From: Anaeramoeba ignava BMAN
Lineage: Eukaryota > Protista > Anaeramoebae
Direction of reading: 5' to 3'
Assembly: GCA_028826165.1 (NCBI GenBank)
Contig: JAPDFW010000147.1
Span: 682,001 to 746,000 of the forward strand
DNA length: 64,000 nt
In this document: positions 63,001-64,000 of the stretch, piece after piece
How positions within the stretch are numbered: the stretch's first letter is position 1
How the letters are laid out: every line of letters starts with the position of its first letter
The notes under the pieces: generated by a model
What the model saw: the letters and a program-made list of their open reading frames with translations, nothing else
What the model was told of the DNA's origin: nothing
Databases searched by the model: none
Position numbers and translations under genes: made by a program

Positions 63001-63132
63001 ATTTCAATCTTTCTGATAATCGTATTACTCTTGGTTTCATTGGTGTGTTTTCAAGTTTGTTGCTAATTATTTGTGAAATTTTAACTGACATCTCAAGAAT
63101 TGATTTTTGAATTTTTAGAATTTCCTCAAAAT
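60011..63132 (-). CDS. Tandem AAA+ ATPase with N-terminal helical/winged-helix-like modules (bacterial Afp15/Pvc15-like); 5'-truncated; exons 63132-61589 and 61390-60011
   Basis: AAA1: GPSGTGK|T, LFFDECE, ATNRPQDLDEAMHRR. AAA2: GPPGTGKT, VFDEAEGLFG...DRYSN...SNLPDIIDNAFFRR. Intron 61588-61391. An acceptor at 63133 implies further exons beyond the window. Confidence 0.88.
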
Positions 63133-64000
63133 CTTTTTTTAAAAATTTTATAAATCAATTTTATTTTTAATTTTATAAATGAATTTTATTTTTAATTTTA
63201 TAAATGAATTTTAATTTTAATTTTAATTTTAATTTTAATTTTTAATTTTAATTTTAATTTTAATTTTAAATTTTAATTTGAATTTTAATTTTATAAATGA
63301 ATTTTAATTTTGAAATGAATTTTAATTTTAATTTTAATTTTAATTTTAATTTTATAAATGAATTTTATAAATGAATTTTAATTTTTATAAATAATTTTAA
63401 TTTTAATTTAGATTTTAATTTTAATTTTAATTTTAATTAAATTTTATAAATGAATTTTAATTTTAATTTTATAAATGAATTTTAATTTTAATTTTAATTT
63501 TGTTTTTAATTTGAATTTTAATTTTAATTTTAATTTTAATTTAAATTTTATAAATGAATTTTAATTTAAATTTGAATTTTAATTTTAATTTTAATTTTAA
63601 TTTTAAATTTGAATTTTAATTTTATAAATGAATTTTAATTTTAATTTTAATTTTAATTTTTAATTTTAATTTTAATTTTATAAATGAATTTATTTTTAAT
63701 TTTAATTTTAATTTTAATTTTTAATTTTAATTTTAATTTTAATTTTAATTTTAGTTTATAAATTTTTAATTTTAATTTTAATTTTAATTTTATTTTAATT
63801 TTAATTATAATTTTAATTTTTAAAATGAATTTTAATTTTAATTTTAATTTTTAAATTTTAATTTTAATTTTAATTTTAATTTTGATTTTAATTTTATAAA
63901 TTTTAATTTTAATTTTAAATTTTAATTTTAATTTTAATTTTAATTTTAATTAAATTTTATAAATGAATTTTAATTTTAATTTTAATTTTAATTTTAATTT
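63133..64000 (-). repeat. Probable intron of the AAA+ gene, with (TTTTAA)n plus TTTTATAAATGAA units on +; runs off the window
   Basis: AAG acceptor at 63133 with no donor inside the window. Confidence 0.75.

Noticed and set aside
60011-63132. Intein in the AAA+ ATPase or another enzyme (Anaeramoeba is known to carry many inteins)
   Set aside because: The interruption after Walker A is an AT-rich GT-AG intron. No C...HN-(C/S/T) splicing motifs or homing-endonuclease insert was seen in any gene.

Overview
Very AT-rich, intron-containing eukaryotic DNA in the standard genetic code, with about 20 protein-coding genes and microsatellite-filled introns and spacers. The content suggests an anaerobic metamonad protist such as Anaeramoeba, but this is an inference. 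The supporting features are a G6PD::6PGL fusion, expanded RCC1-BTB and ankyrin-BTB families, (EN)/(QN) hexamer runs and a TCATTT initiator-like motif. Genes found: four RCC1-propeller/tandem-BTB paralogues, two ankyrin/tandem-BTB genes, a UBAP1-like ESCRT-I subunit (UMA+SOUBA), G6PD::6PGL, a bacterial-type penicillin acylase (S45), Tom22, Nop53, a PH-PH-RUN protein, p47/Shp1 (UBA-SEP-UBX), an FGD-like DH-PH-FYVE protein, MMS19, VPS13, a 5'-truncated tandem AAA+ ATPase resembling bacterial Afp15/Pvc15, and three hypothetical proteins. Exon structures were traced by hand. The best candidate for a new system is the 'variable repeat sensor + constant tandem-BTB' family. Its RCC1 paralogues differ mainly at the ligand-face loops, and its ankyrin repeats vary at DARPin-type positions, which fits a diversified Cullin-3 adaptor repertoire. 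Several single-base frameshifts are most likely assembly errors. No rRNA, tRNA, CRISPR array, intein or transposase was seen.
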